Of a DNA stretch of 64,000 nt, positions 1-10,229 are shown piece after piece. The position numbers and the translations under genes were made by a program. Under the pieces are notes generated by a model that worked only from the letters and a program-made list of their open reading frames with translations, had not been told where the DNA came from and ran no database searches. Source of the stretch: Thermodesulfobacteriota bacterium (GTDB lineage Bacteria > Desulfobacterota > Desulfarculia > JACQYL01); assembly GCA_963675595.2 (NCBI GenBank), contig CAXXLZ010000002.1, forward strand, positions 1,312,001-1,376,000, given 5' to 3'. Position 1 is the stretch's first letter, and every line of letters starts with the position of its first letter.

Positions 1-324
1 TTCGACGTTGTTGATCATATCCCGCAGCTGATCGAAGGAAAGCAAGAGAATGTTGACGATTTCCGGATTCGGCACGATTTCCTTGTCCCGGATCATGCCC
101 AGAACGTTTTCGATCTTGTGGGCCAGTTCCTTGATCTTGTTCAGACCCATGAAACTGGCCCCGCCCTTCACCGAATGCGCCGCCCGGAAAACCTTGTTGA
201 CTAATCCCTCATCGATTTCCGATCCGTTTTCTTCGATGACCAACAGGTCGTTTTCGATGCCCGCGAGATGCTCCCGGGCCTCTTCCAGGTACATATTCAA
301 CACTTCGTCGTCTTGGAAACCCAT
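1..324 (-). CDS. cheA: Chemotaxis histidine kinase CheA, N-terminal Hpt domain (runs off the window edge)
   Basis: Manual minus-strand translation from ATG at 324 gives MGFQDDEVLNMYLEEAREHLAGIENDLL...VNKVFRAAHSVKGGASFMGLNKIKELAHKIENVL, a typical CheA Hpt motif (FRxxHSxKG). GGAGG RBS upstream. Confidence 0.85.
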   Translation of the reverse strand, partial: MGFQDDEVLNMYLEEAREHLAGIENDLLVIEENGSEIDEGLVNKVFRAAHSVKGGASFMGLNKIKELAHKIENVLGMIRDKEIVPNPEIVNILLLSFDQLRDMINNVE

Positions 325-337
325 CTGCCCCTCCAGC

Positions 338-643
338 TTAGTCGCCGACCACTTCGAAGTGCTTGTCCAGGCGCATCGTCGTGAGCAGCCCGAGGATGTC
401 CCTGGATACATGAATCAACCTGAGCTTGCCTCCCGTTTTCAGCAGCGAATTGTGGGTGGCGATCAACACTCCCAGGCCGATGGAGTCGATCATGTCGACT
501 CCTTCCAGGTCCATAATTATCGATTGAGGAGATTGCTTCGTGAGTTCCGACAACTCTCCTCTGAATTCATCCGCCATGGACGCCACGATATCTTTACCGG
601 GCTTGACGGTGATCTGTTCGCCTTCCTTGATGATTTCCGCCAT
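338..643 (-). CDS. STAS domain protein (anti-sigma factor antagonist)
   Basis: MAEIIKEG...IMDLEGVDMIDSIGLGVL carries the STAS DLxxVxxIDSxGLG motif. Start taken at ATG 643 within ORF 338..958. Confidence 0.9.
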   Translation of the reverse strand: MAEIIKEGEQITVKPGKDIVASMADEFRGELSELTKQSPQSIIMDLEGVDMIDSIGLGVLIATHNSLLKTGGKLRLIHVSRDILGLLTTMRLDKHFEVVGD

Positions 644-1173
644 CCAGAACTCCTCGAGCCGGGGAAAATAGAAAGAATCGCGATAAGGATTCCCATGTCG
701 ACCAAACCACAGACAAGGCAACCCCTGGAGATCAGGTACCGTTCGCGGCGCTCTCGGAAGATTCGCCCCGTCGGTCCCTTTTACGGTTTCGCCGAACCAA
801 GTCGGCTGTAGCCGGGAACGACCGTCTCCGGCACAACGGAAACGCCGGCAATCCGCGCTGGAATCGACTGTTGCTTCTCGGATGAACTTCGCCGCCGTCA
901 ACGAAAAGAAACAACCGGTCCGCCCTTTTTCGGGCTCCTGCAAACCGGTTCTCCGCACATGGAAACACTACGACAGCCTCTAAACAAATTCTATTCCAAG
1001 TTTTACTGTTTCATATCATCAAATGCCACCTTAGAAAAGTACAAATACCTGGAGCAGAGGGACGGACAATCGCACTCAGAGGACCCGGCGCACTTCGAGC
1101 GCCGGGAAATCCCGTATGCAAGTCTTGCACCCGTGCCCGACCTGTCTTATAGTCTTGGCCTTTTCCTTTTGCA

Positions 1174-2796
1174 TTGAACAAGCTTTCACGTTTCCCCGGG
1201 GGAGCCGAAGTGCCGAACACCATGGAACGGCTGGAACAAGCCGTAGTGCTCGATAGTTGGGATTTTTCGGCCAAGTATGTGGCCGTCGGCGAGCTTTGCG
1301 CTTTGGCCCACCGGCACCCACAGGCTTTCACACGTCGCACCGTTGAAGCCCTCGGGAGCCTGCTTGGGAACGCCGGACTGTCATCCCAGTCTCAAAGCTT
1401 CTTTCTTTACAAGCAAACCGCTGAAACCCTCAGTTCCCTTTTTGTCCACGCCCCGGACCATCCCAATGCACATGACGCCGTGGAGGTCCTCAGGTCCCGG
1501 CTTGGATCGGAGATCCACCCGGCCCGCAGAGCCGTGGCCGAAAGCCTGGGTGCGCTGCCCTTGAGAGTGATCGGCCCCGCGCTCCCACCGCCTTCGGAGG
1601 GAGAAGCGCCCCTGCTGACTTGGGATCGCCTTCTTGAAGCCGCGAAAGTCCAAGTTTCCGACAAGCCTCGGTTCGCCGGAAGAAGCCTGGTAACCCCTCT
1701 CGTGGAAAGAGATGAACTGCTGGTGGTCAAAGCGGCCAGAAGCGGTGACCCATCGGAACCGCTGGCGCTGGAGTGCCTTTGGGCTCGATATTTCAATGAG
1801 TCAGAGGCTTCGTTTTCGGCGCCGTTTCGGTCTCCTCAACCCGTGCCCATTGGAGAGCGATTCCTTTTTCGGCTTGCGGAGTTTCCTATCCCCGTTCCGG
1901 ATACCGCGGATATCCCGCCCCGCCCCACGGCCGTGGCGCTGCTTGTCCCGAAGGACTATTTCCTTTATCCCAACTCCCCTCCCGTACCTTCACCCCGAGT
2001 CTTCGCCCACACCATCCTCGCCGACGCCCAACTGCTCGGAGAACTCACGGCCGCGGGCATCATCCATGAAGCGCCCATCCCGTTGTTCCACAACAGGGTT
2101 CAGAGGCATCGTCGCGCCGACTTGGGTATCTATGAGTGGTCCCAGGGCGGCCGTCTGGATCGGTGGCTGACCTCGTGCGCTCATCCCAATTTCGGTCCCA
2201 CCGGAATCCGCGATTTTGAGCACTTGGCGTCCTTCGACGGCACCAGTCGAAACCTGTATCGACACATCGGCAACCAAGTGCTGAGTCTGCTCCTCGTCGC
2301 CGGGAGCTATTTTCGAAACAAGGCTCCTCTCAGGAGGGGGTTGTCCGAGAGCGGAGCTCCCGTGGATTGCCGGGACTTGTTCGATCCCGACCTGTTGGAG
2401 GAGCTCGTCAGGGGCGTGTTCCTGAGCTACTACGAAGGCTTCGTGGGCGAAAAATTTCCAGGGAAAATCCCCTTCGACGCACGGCGCATTTCAGCTCGGA
2501 TGGTGGAAGAAATGGGTGTGGACCGCCACATGGAAGAATTCCTCCGGGTTCACGATCAGGAACGAATGACCGACGAAGAATTCCGAGCTTTTCTCACAGG
2601 CGTGGGATTTGCGGACGAGCAACTCGGCGGTTTCACAAAAGGAGCTGAAGACATCGCCATGATCACCGGTCCGCACCTCGGGGGGTTCAACCAGCGAATC
2701 TCGTTGCCGGAGATTCTCGAGGTGATCGAAGCGGCGTCGGCTTTGTCCATATTGGGGAGGTTCCGCCGGTGTTTCAACGGGGCGATTGAGGGGTGA
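1174..2796 (+). CDS. SidJ-related pseudokinase (putative glutamylase)
   Basis: Motifs LLVVK, IPLFHNRVQRHRRAD, GGRLDRW, HPNFGPTGIRDFEH and GPHLGGFNQ resemble the SidJ active-site elements. The true start may be GTG 1210 or ATG 1222. Confidence 0.75.
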   Translation: MNKLSRFPGGAEVPNTMERLEQAVVLDSWDFSAKYVAVGELCALAHRHPQAFTRRTVEALGSLLGNAGLSSQSQSFFLYKQTAETLSSLFVHAPDHPNAHDAVEVLRSRLGSEIHPARRAVAESLGALPLRVIGPALPPPSEGEAPLLTWDRLLEAAKVQVSDKPRFAGRSLVTPLVERDELLVVKAARSGDPSEPLALECLWARYFNESEASFSAPFRSPQPVPIGERFLFRLAEFPIPVPDTADIPPRPTAVALLVPKDYFLYPNSPPVPSPRVFAHTILADAQLLGELTAAGIIHEAPIPLFHNRVQRHRRADLGIYEWSQGGRLDRWLTSCAHPNFGPTGIRDFEHLASFDGTSRNLYRHIGNQVLSLLLVAGSYFRNKAPLRRGLSESGAPVDCRDLFDPDLLEELVRGVFLSYYEGFVGEKFPGKIPFDARRISARMVEEMGVDRHMEEFLRVHDQERMTDEEFRAFLTGVGFADEQLGGFTKGAEDIAMITGPHLGGFNQRISLPEILEVIEAASALSILGRFRRCFNGAIEG

Positions 2797-2916
2797 AAGG
2801 ACGCCTTTTCGCTTTCGACGGCCGCCTTTCCCGAGATATCGGGAAGCGCCCACAGGATAAAAACGTTTTGCCGCCCGGCACTTCGGAAAGTCCACGTCGG
2901 GCGGCGTTCGATACCA

Positions 2917-3360
2917 CTATTTCACAGGGATCGTCACCACCGGAACCGGAGAGTTCTTGACCACCTTTTCCGTGACGCCTCCAAAAGGAAAGTCTCCCTT
3001 GCGCCCGCGAGTGGCCATGACCACCAGGTCCATCTTCTCTTTCTCGATGAATTTCAGAATCTCCCGAGCCGGGTCTCCCATGACGATATGTTTGAAATAG
3101 AGAGGACAACCGTCCAGGTGACGTTCGCAAATCTGCCCCAAACGCTCCTCACCCTTTTCCTTTTCCCACTCCTGGATCTTCTTGATGTGGTCCTTGCCGA
3201 AATCCCCGTACCACGGTTCGTGTTCCCCGATGTCCTCAATGACATAAAGCAGGTGAATTTCCGTTGCATATTTCTGGGTCAGAGAAGTGACGTAGGGGAG
3301 AGCCTTTTCCGCATTGGCCGAGAAATCCGTGGGCCAAAGTATCTTTTTCACTTCCATCAC
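2917..3360 (-). CDS. Universal stress protein (UspA family)
   Basis: KKILWPTDFS at the N-terminus and DLVVMATRG...FGGVTEKVVKNSPVPV at the C-terminus. Confidence 0.93.
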   Translation of the reverse strand: MMEVKKILWPTDFSANAEKALPYVTSLTQKYATEIHLLYVIEDIGEHEPWYGDFGKDHIKKIQEWEKEKGEERLGQICERHLDGCPLYFKHIVMGDPAREILKFIEKEKMDLVVMATRGRKGDFPFGGVTEKVVKNSPVPVVTIPVK

Positions 3361-3704
3361 GTACCTCCTTCATGAGGATCCAAAGGAATTCGAGATCGGT
3401 ACGAACGCCGAACATCACGAAAAACGTTTCGACCTCGGCCGACGGACCGAAACCCGTGCCGGCCGCGCCTCCATCCGGAAACACCCAAATCTCAGGGCAA
3501 ATTTTGTGAAGCCATAACTACACCTTATTTCAGCCGTTTTGTAAAGCCCTTCTTCTCTTTCAGGCGGTGCTGAATGAAAACAGGGGAAACAAACCCGCCC
3601 CGTCCGGTCACTGTCCTTACCTTTTCAAAGCATCTGCTTGATCGCGGGATCCGCCTGCGTTATAAGCCCGACAACTCCGCCCGCGAAGTACCTTAGGAAC
3701 CCCC

Positions 3705-6662
3705 ATGAAATCCCATAAATGGTTCATCACCACACTGAAACGATCTCCCCGATTCGGTCCTTCACTAGCTCACCATCAGGAAATCCCGGGAAGCGCAGCC
3801 GTCTATGCCGACCCCTCGGTTCCGTTGCCCGATCCGCTTCCCCGCCTGCTGAACCGCATGGGAATACAACGGCTCTACAAGCATCAGGCGGACGCCCTCG
3901 ATCTGGCACGGAGCGGAAAAAACGTGGTCGTGGCCACACCCACCTCCAGCGGCAAGACCCTGATCTATTCCCTGCCGGTGCTGGAACGGATCATCCAAAA
4001 TCCCGGTTCCGCTTCAGCCCTGTACCTCTTCCCCCTTAAAGCTCTGGCCAGGGATCAGCACCGGGTCCTGAAGGAGGTGGAGGAACACATCCAACCCGAG
4101 GTCCGGCTCCGTTCGGCGGTCTATGACGGGGACACCGGGCCGGCGGAGCGGAAGCAGATCCGGATGGATCCGCCTCACGTACTCATCTCCAATCCGGACA
4201 TGCTCCATCTTGGGATTCTGCCTTACCATTCCGCATGGGAGAATTTCTTTCGAAGGCTGGAATACGTGGTCATCGACGAGTTGCACGCCTATAGGGGGAT
4301 ATTCGGTTCCCACGTGGCCCAGGTGATTCGGCGAATGCAGCGTATCTTGTCCTATTACGGCGTGTCGCCGACCTACGTGCTCTCCTCGGCCACCATCTCC
4401 AACGCGGGCGAGTTCGCCAATCGGCTGACCGATCGGCAGTTCGAGGTAATCGGCGAAAGCGGCGCACCTCGCGGGGCTCGACATTTTCTCTTCTTCAACC
4501 CGGAATTCACGAGCACCGGATTCACGGCGGCGCAACTCTTCGCGCATTGCATGCGGGAAGGCCTCAAGACCATCGTGTTCACCCAGTCCCGTCGCGTCAC
4601 GGAACTGGTCCACGTCTGGGTGAAGCAACTCGCTCCTGAACTCTCGGATCGGATCAGCTCCTACAGAGCGGGATTTCTGCCCGAGGAAAGACGTACCATC
4701 GAGCGGGACCTGAGTACCGGGAAGCTGGCCGGGGTCATTTCCACCAGTGCGCTCGAAATGGGCATCGATATCGGCGGCCTGGACGTATGTGTGCTGGTGG
4801 GCTACCCCGGAACCATCATGGCCACCTGGCAGCGGGGCGGCAGGGTCGGCAGGGAGGACCGCGACGCGATTATCTGCCTCATCGCCCAGCCCAACGCCCT
4901 GGACCAGTACTTCGTTCGCCATCCGCAAGACTTCTTTTCCAGGGGCTATGAGAGGGCGGTCCTGGACCCGGAAAACTCGGAGGTACTCAAGGCCCACCTT
5001 CCCTGCGCCGCGGATGAGCTACCCATTCGCTCCGACGATCCCGCGTATCCGCCGAAGAAATACCTCCCGCTCCTCAAGCAGTTGGCGGAAGGAGGGACCC
5101 TGCGGCCGGATCGGCAAAACGAACTGTGGTACTCCGTAGAGCGGTATCCCCATCGTTCCGTAGAGATTCGCAGCGTGGGCGAATCCTTCACCGTCATCAA
5201 CGCGGACACATCCAAAGCCATCGGGCGCGTCGAGGGGTTGCGGGCCTTCAAAGAATGCCACCCGGGCGCCGTGTATCTGCATAGAGCCTCCCAGTTTGAA
5301 ATCCTGGGGATGGATATCGAAAACACACGAATCACCGCCAGGCATGCCCAGGTACCCTACTACACTCGTTCTCAATCGGAGAAGGAAACGGAGATACTCG
5401 AAGTTCTGAAGAGCCGACCCTGTGAAAATTTCCTCGTGAAGCTGGGCAGGCTTCGAGTGACGGAACGAGTGACCGGTTATGAGAAACGTCGGATTCGAGG
5501 CCAGGAACTGATCAGCAAACACGAATTGAACTTGCCGGACCAGGTATTCGAAACCGTGGGTATTTGGATTGAAATCGACGACGTCATCAGACGCATTATC
5601 GAAAAGGAAGCCATGCAATTCATGGGAGGCATCCATGCCTTGGAACACGCGGCCATCGCCATGTTTCCCCTTCTGGCTCTTTGCGACCGAAACGATTTGG
5701 GCGGTATCTCCATCCCCTTCCACGCCCAGGTCGGGAAAAGCGCCGTCTTTCTCTATGACGGGTATCCCGGCGGCGTGGGTTTGGCGGACCAGGGGTTCGA
5801 TCTCATTGAGGAATTGCTGAGAAAAACCTTGGAACTCGTTTCGGATTGCGACTGCGAAGACGGATGTCCTTCATGTATCCATTCCCCCAAATGCGGAAAC
5901 GGCAACAAACCTCTGGATAAATCGGCGTGTATCCTCTGCCTGGAGCTACTGCTCAACGTGAGGGATCTCTCGGAAAACGAATCGCGAAGGATTTCGAACT
6001 CCGACTCTAAACCGTCCCCCGAACCGGCCCCCTGTGGCCCCCCCAGAGTGCTCTTCCTGGATGTGGAAACACGGCGATCCGCTCAAGAGGTCGGAGGCTG
6101 GAATAACGCACATCTCATGCGGGTTGCCGTGGTGGTGATCTATGACCTGCACGAGGACCGATTCCTGGAGTTTCAGGAGTCCGAAGTCCGCGATCTGGTC
6201 GATCTGATGCTCGACTCCGACTTGGTGGTCGGCTTCAACGTCAAGAGGTTCGATTACGGCGTTCTGAAAGCCTACACCAGCGTTGATCTCAAGCGAATCC
6301 CCACCTTCGATATCCTCGAGTACGTTCACAAGAAGATCGGTCGCCGCGTTTCCCTCGACAAAATGGCTTCCGCCACTTTGGGGGTGACAAAAAGCGGCGA
6401 TGGACTGCAATCCCTCGAATGGGTCCGCAAAGGAATGATGGATCGGGTTGCGGCGTATTGCCGGAAAGACGTGGAAATCACGCGTGACTTGTTCCTCCAT
6501 GGAATGGAGAACCGTTTTGTGTGTTATCGGGATGAACGCGGGAGGAACCAGCGGATCGAAGTGGACTGGAATTTGGACAAAATCATTCGCAGAAAGCCGA
6601 AACCGGATGTGCCGGAAACCTTGCGTCCGGTTCCCGGCCCTCCGCTTCGGACCGGGCCATAG
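3705..6662 (+). CDS. DEAD/DEAH helicase (MrfA/YprA/Hrq1 type, DUF1998) fused to a C-terminal RNase_H_2/DEDD exonuclease domain
   Basis: TPTSSGKT, DELH, SAT, YRAG and QRGGRVGR helicase motifs. DUF1998 cysteine cluster CDCEDGCPSCIHSPKC. C-terminal LFLDVET...VGFNVKRFDY...YCRKDV. Confidence 0.88.
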   Translation: MKSHKWFITTLKRSPRFGPSLAHHQEIPGSAAVYADPSVPLPDPLPRLLNRMGIQRLYKHQADALDLARSGKNVVVATPTSSGKTLIYSLPVLERIIQNPGSASALYLFPLKALARDQHRVLKEVEEHIQPEVRLRSAVYDGDTGPAERKQIRMDPPHVLISNPDMLHLGILPYHSAWENFFRRLEYVVIDELHAYRGIFGSHVAQVIRRMQRILSYYGVSPTYVLSSATISNAGEFANRLTDRQFEVIGESGAPRGARHFLFFNPEFTSTGFTAAQLFAHCMREGLKTIVFTQSRRVTELVHVWVKQLAPELSDRISSYRAGFLPEERRTIERDLSTGKLAGVISTSALEMGIDIGGLDVCVLVGYPGTIMATWQRGGRVGREDRDAIICLIAQPNALDQYFVRHPQDFFSRGYERAVLDPENSEVLKAHLPCAADELPIRSDDPAYPPKKYLPLLKQLAEGGTLRPDRQNELWYSVERYPHRSVEIRSVGESFTVINADTSKAIGRVEGLRAFKECHPGAVYLHRASQFEILGMDIENTRITARHAQVPYYTRSQSEKETEILEVLKSRPCENFLVKLGRLRVTERVTGYEKRRIRGQELISKHELNLPDQVFETVGIWIEIDDVIRRIIEKEAMQFMGGIHALEHAAIAMFPLLALCDRNDLGGISIPFHAQVGKSAVFLYDGYPGGVGLADQGFDLIEELLRKTLELVSDCDCEDGCPSCIHSPKCGNGNKPLDKSACILCLELLLNVRDLSENESRRISNSDSKPSPEPAPCGPPRVLFLDVETRRSAQEVGGWNNAHLMRVAVVVIYDLHEDRFLEFQESEVRDLVDLMLDSDLVVGFNVKRFDYGVLKAYTSVDLKRIPTFDILEYVHKKIGRRVSLDKMASATLGVTKSGDGLQSLEWVRKGMMDRVAAYCRKDVEITRDLFLHGMENRFVCYRDERGRNQRIEVDWNLDKIIRRKPKPDVPETLRPVPGPPLRTGP

Positions 6663-6675
6663 CCGGTCCGTTCCG

Positions 6676-7488
6676 CTATTCTCGCGCCTCGTCGAAGTGC
6701 TCCATGGCCTCGGGGATCAAACGCTTGATATTTTCGATGCGGGTCTGATCCGCGGGGTGAGTGCTCAAGAATTCCGGCGGCGCGTCTCCTTGTTTCTGAG
6801 CCGCCATGCGCTGCCAGAAGTTCACGGCCGCATGGGGATCGTAACCCGCCATGGACATGAAGATGAGTCCCAAATGGTCGGCCTCCGATTCTTGTAGGCG
6901 GCTGTAGGGAAGCAGAATGCCTACTTGGGCTCCCAATCCGTAAGCGGTCATGAAAAGCTGTTGGGTTTCAGCGGGCCGATTGGCCAGGGCCACGCTGAGC
7001 GCCGCCCCTCCGAGCTGTGCCAGAAGCCCCTGGCTCATTCGTTCGTTTCCGTGTTTGGCCACCGCGTGGGCCACTTCGTGCCCCATCACCACGGCCAATC
7101 CCACATCATCTTTGGTGACGGGCAGAATCCCGGTGTAAACCGCAACCTTTCCCCCGGGCATACACCAAGCGTTCACCGTGTCCTCTTCGATCAGGTTGAA
7201 TTCCCAACTATACCCCTTGAGCTCCTGTTCCATGCCGTTGCGGGTGAAGTAACGCTCCACCGCGATTCGAATCCGGTCCCCCACCCGTTTGACCATTTGT
7301 GCTTCCGGAGTTCCTGTGATTACCTTGTTCTCCGAGAGAAATTCCTTGTACGAATCCACCGCCATGCTCCGAACCTGTTGATCCGGAACCAGTTGGAGTT
7401 GTTGCCTTCCGGTAATGGGCACCGTCTGACAATAAGCCAGAAACAACAATAAGAAAGTCGAGAGAACCCATAGGAACTTTTTTTTCAT
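6676..7488 (-). CDS. M48 family metallopeptidase (probable lipoprotein)
   Basis: NAWCMPGGKVAVYTG, HEVAH zinc motif, SRLQESEAD and FLSTHP. N-terminal signal ends in LAYC. Confidence 0.93.
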   Translation of the reverse strand: MKKKFLWVLSTFLLLFLAYCQTVPITGRQQLQLVPDQQVRSMAVDSYKEFLSENKVITGTPEAQMVKRVGDRIRIAVERYFTRNGMEQELKGYSWEFNLIEEDTVNAWCMPGGKVAVYTGILPVTKDDVGLAVVMGHEVAHAVAKHGNERMSQGLLAQLGGAALSVALANRPAETQQLFMTAYGLGAQVGILLPYSRLQESEADHLGLIFMSMAGYDPHAAVNFWQRMAAQKQGDAPPEFLSTHPADQTRIENIKRLIPEAMEHFDEARE

Positions 7489-7904
7489 GCCCTATCCTTT
7501 CTTTTCGCGCGGTGCGAATTCAGGACTCCCCAAGGCGGTTGCCCTGTCGACGACGCCCCCGTAAGAGTGACTGTCACCCGGCCTTCCCCACGTCTCCTCC
7601 CGGTGCCGCCGCAGGGGCGATGCCCTCCCGCGTCCGCCCCATCCAAAAGACGATTCGGCCGCTTTCCCTTGACGTTAAAGCGTAGCACAAGCCTAATCGA
7701 GGGTAAATCCCCAGGTAAAATCCCCCGGACTGGAAAAGACCGACCCAAACAAGGTATGCTGTAATGGTGAAACTTAGGCAACAATACCTTTCGGCGCGAC
7801 GGGCCCCGCGCCGATACGGCTGAATCCGGGCTCATTCCGCCCTTGACGGTACCGCCGACCAATCTCCCCACGGCGTTGCCGAACGCAGGGCGACAGGAGG
7901 ACTC

Positions 7905-10169
7905 ATGCGATTACCCTGGCGATGGCTTCCGTGGAAATTCGTTATTCGGAGGCTGGCCAGAGCCCACGGAGTTTTGGACCCCCTCTCTTTGGTTTCCCAA
8001 ATATTCAAACTGGCTCAGCCCTCGGAGGTTGCCGCTCCCATGGAACTGGTTCGAGGGTGGGTGGTCTTCCATGCCAGGGGCCTCTTGAACACCCGAGCCA
8101 TACAGAGCAACCTGGACTGGATCTGGCCCTACTGGGTGCAACGTCAATTCGACCCCGGAGACACGTCCTTCCTGCCCAGGGCTTTCTCCATTACGCACGT
8201 CAATCTGACTCACCGCAACTGGACCGCCGTGGGCTTGCCCGACTGTGTGTTGTATCCCATCGTAGATCCCAGAGGTCTGGTAACGCCTTTCTTCGACGGA
8301 TGGTCGCTGGACGGGTGGGTGTTCGACGACACCGATCAGTGGCTGCTGCCCCCCAAGGCGAAGCAGGCGACTCAGAATCTCGTGTACGACGACCGGGCCA
8401 TGGCGGTGGAGACCTTGGTGGAAAACGCCGGTATGAGTCTCCGTTCCACCGTGGACGTGATTTTGGAAAACAACGACCCGGTGTGTCGGTTGCGGTACCT
8501 GATCCGAACCGATCGGCGAGCGCGATTCGCGTTGGCACTTCGCCCCTGCAATCCGGAAGGCGTCAGCATCGTGCGAAGCGTGTCCATGTCCTCCGACAAA
8601 AAGAAATGGTCCGTCAACGACGTTTCGTGCATCCGATTCGATACAGCGCCGTCACGCCACCTAACGTCCACCTACCAACAAGGAGACGTCTACCGCCGCC
8701 TTCTCTACGGGAAGGAACAGCGGAAGGCCGTATGCAAGGCGGGACTGGCCTCGGCGGCGGCCGTCTACGACGTGAAACCCGGTGTTCCGAAAGAGGTCGA
8801 AGTCCGAATCTCACTCCTCGACGAACCCGAACTGGGCGCGGCCTTCCCAACCCGAAGAAGAAGCCCGGATTGGTCCGAGGCGCTGAGAAAGGCCTGTAAA
8901 CTCGACGTACCGGACCAACGAATCCGCTTTTTATTCGACGCCGCGGTAAGAAGCATCATTCTTCACGCTCCCCTGGAAATCTATCCCGGCCCCTACACCT
9001 ACAAACGGTTTTGGTTCCGAGACGCCGTCATGATTTTGAACGCCATGATTTCTTTGGGATTACATGATCGCTGCGAACGAACTCTGGAGTTTTTCCCGGA
9101 ACGGCAAAACCATGCCGGTTTCTTTCACTCCCAGGAAGGGGAATGGGATTCCAACGGTCAAGTCATGTGGATTTTCAGGAGATTCTGCGACGCGGCGGAC
9201 CGACCTTGCAGACCGGAATGGTTGAAATCGCTCATAGAGGCCGCCCGATGGATCAAACGCAAACGCACGTCCGCCGCCGGCGACCATTTGCACGCCGGCC
9301 TGCTTCCCGCCGGTTTCAGTGCCGAGCACTTGGGAAACAACGATTACTACTATTGGGATGATTTCTGGAGTGTGGCGGGACTCAGGGAGACCGCCGTCTT
9401 GTGCGATCGCCGCGGTGATTACTCAAGCGCTCGGGCTCTGCGCGCGGAAGCGGTCCATCTCATGCGTTGTATCGAGAAGAGCCTGGAACGTTCTCGATCG
9501 CTCAGAAACTGCGACGCCCTTCCCGCCTCTCCCTACCGACGGATGGACGCGGGCGCGGTGGGGTCCATTGTGGCCGGGTATCCACTGCAACTGTTGTCAC
9601 CGCAGGATTCCAGACTGAAGAACACAGTGGAGTTCCTCATGAAGGAATGTTTCTTCCAGGGGGCCTTTTTCCAGGACATGGTGCACTCCGGAATCAACGC
9701 CTACCTTTCTCTCCATTGCGCTCAGGTGCTGCTTCGTGCGGGAGATCCCCGTTCCCTGGAAATCCTCACGAAAACGGCCGAACTGGCTTCACCCACGGGG
9801 CAATGGCCTGAAGCCATCCATCCCCGAACCCTGGGGGGGTGCATGGGCGACGGCCAACATATCTGGGCCGCGGCGGAATGGATCATGATGCTGAAACACC
9901 TCTTCGTCCGCGAAGAGGGAGAAGGCCTCGTCCTGCTTCAGGGTATTCCCGCGGAATGGACCCTGCCCGGACAAACATGCGAAATCGGTCCGGTTTATAC
10001 GGACTTCGGTCCACTGACCATTCGACTGCAAGCCGAATCGCGGGCGCTGAAGGTGAGCTGGGAACCCGGCGGGCACCTCCGACAACCCACCATGGACTTT
10101 CGCCCCCCCGGTTGGGAATCCGTCCGCGTCACCGATCCGGACACACGAGAATTAACCTTTTCAAGGTGA
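7905..10169 (+). CDS. Uncharacterised six-hairpin glycosidase-like protein (GH15-like fold)
   Basis: 754-aa ORF with AGGAGG RBS. YKRFWFRDA, GEWDSNGQ, YYWDDFW, WPEA and HIWAAAEW motifs are typical of (alpha/alpha)6 glycosidases. Adjacent to a glycosyltransferase. Confidence 0.6.
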   Translation: MRLPWRWLPWKFVIRRLARAHGVLDPLSLVSQIFKLAQPSEVAAPMELVRGWVVFHARGLLNTRAIQSNLDWIWPYWVQRQFDPGDTSFLPRAFSITHVNLTHRNWTAVGLPDCVLYPIVDPRGLVTPFFDGWSLDGWVFDDTDQWLLPPKAKQATQNLVYDDRAMAVETLVENAGMSLRSTVDVILENNDPVCRLRYLIRTDRRARFALALRPCNPEGVSIVRSVSMSSDKKKWSVNDVSCIRFDTAPSRHLTSTYQQGDVYRRLLYGKEQRKAVCKAGLASAAAVYDVKPGVPKEVEVRISLLDEPELGAAFPTRRRSPDWSEALRKACKLDVPDQRIRFLFDAAVRSIILHAPLEIYPGPYTYKRFWFRDAVMILNAMISLGLHDRCERTLEFFPERQNHAGFFHSQEGEWDSNGQVMWIFRRFCDAADRPCRPEWLKSLIEAARWIKRKRTSAAGDHLHAGLLPAGFSAEHLGNNDYYYWDDFWSVAGLRETAVLCDRRGDYSSARALRAEAVHLMRCIEKSLERSRSLRNCDALPASPYRRMDAGAVGSIVAGYPLQLLSPQDSRLKNTVEFLMKECFFQGAFFQDMVHSGINAYLSLHCAQVLLRAGDPRSLEILTKTAELASPTGQWPEAIHPRTLGGCMGDGQHIWAAAEWIMMLKHLFVREEGEGLVLLQGIPAEWTLPGQTCEIGPVYTDFGPLTIRLQAESRALKVSWEPGGHLRQPTMDFRPPGWESVRVTDPDTRELTFSR

Positions 10170-10229
10170 TCCGTTGTCTCTTTTTAGAGGCGCGAAACGA
10201 AAACCGTCTGCCGGTCCGATGAGAAGAAC

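Noticed and set aside
50-811. 253-aa plus-strand ORF, and similar long antisense ORFs (e.g. 26153-27205, 44342-45310, 45711-46826, 54875-55963)
   Set aside because: These are shadow ORFs opposite well-supported genes in GC-rich DNA.
650-1170. Riboswitch (c-di-GMP) or sigma54 promoter upstream of the STAS-cheA operon
   Set aside because: Only a weak GG-N10-GC match near 1117-1131 and no recognisable aptamer core.
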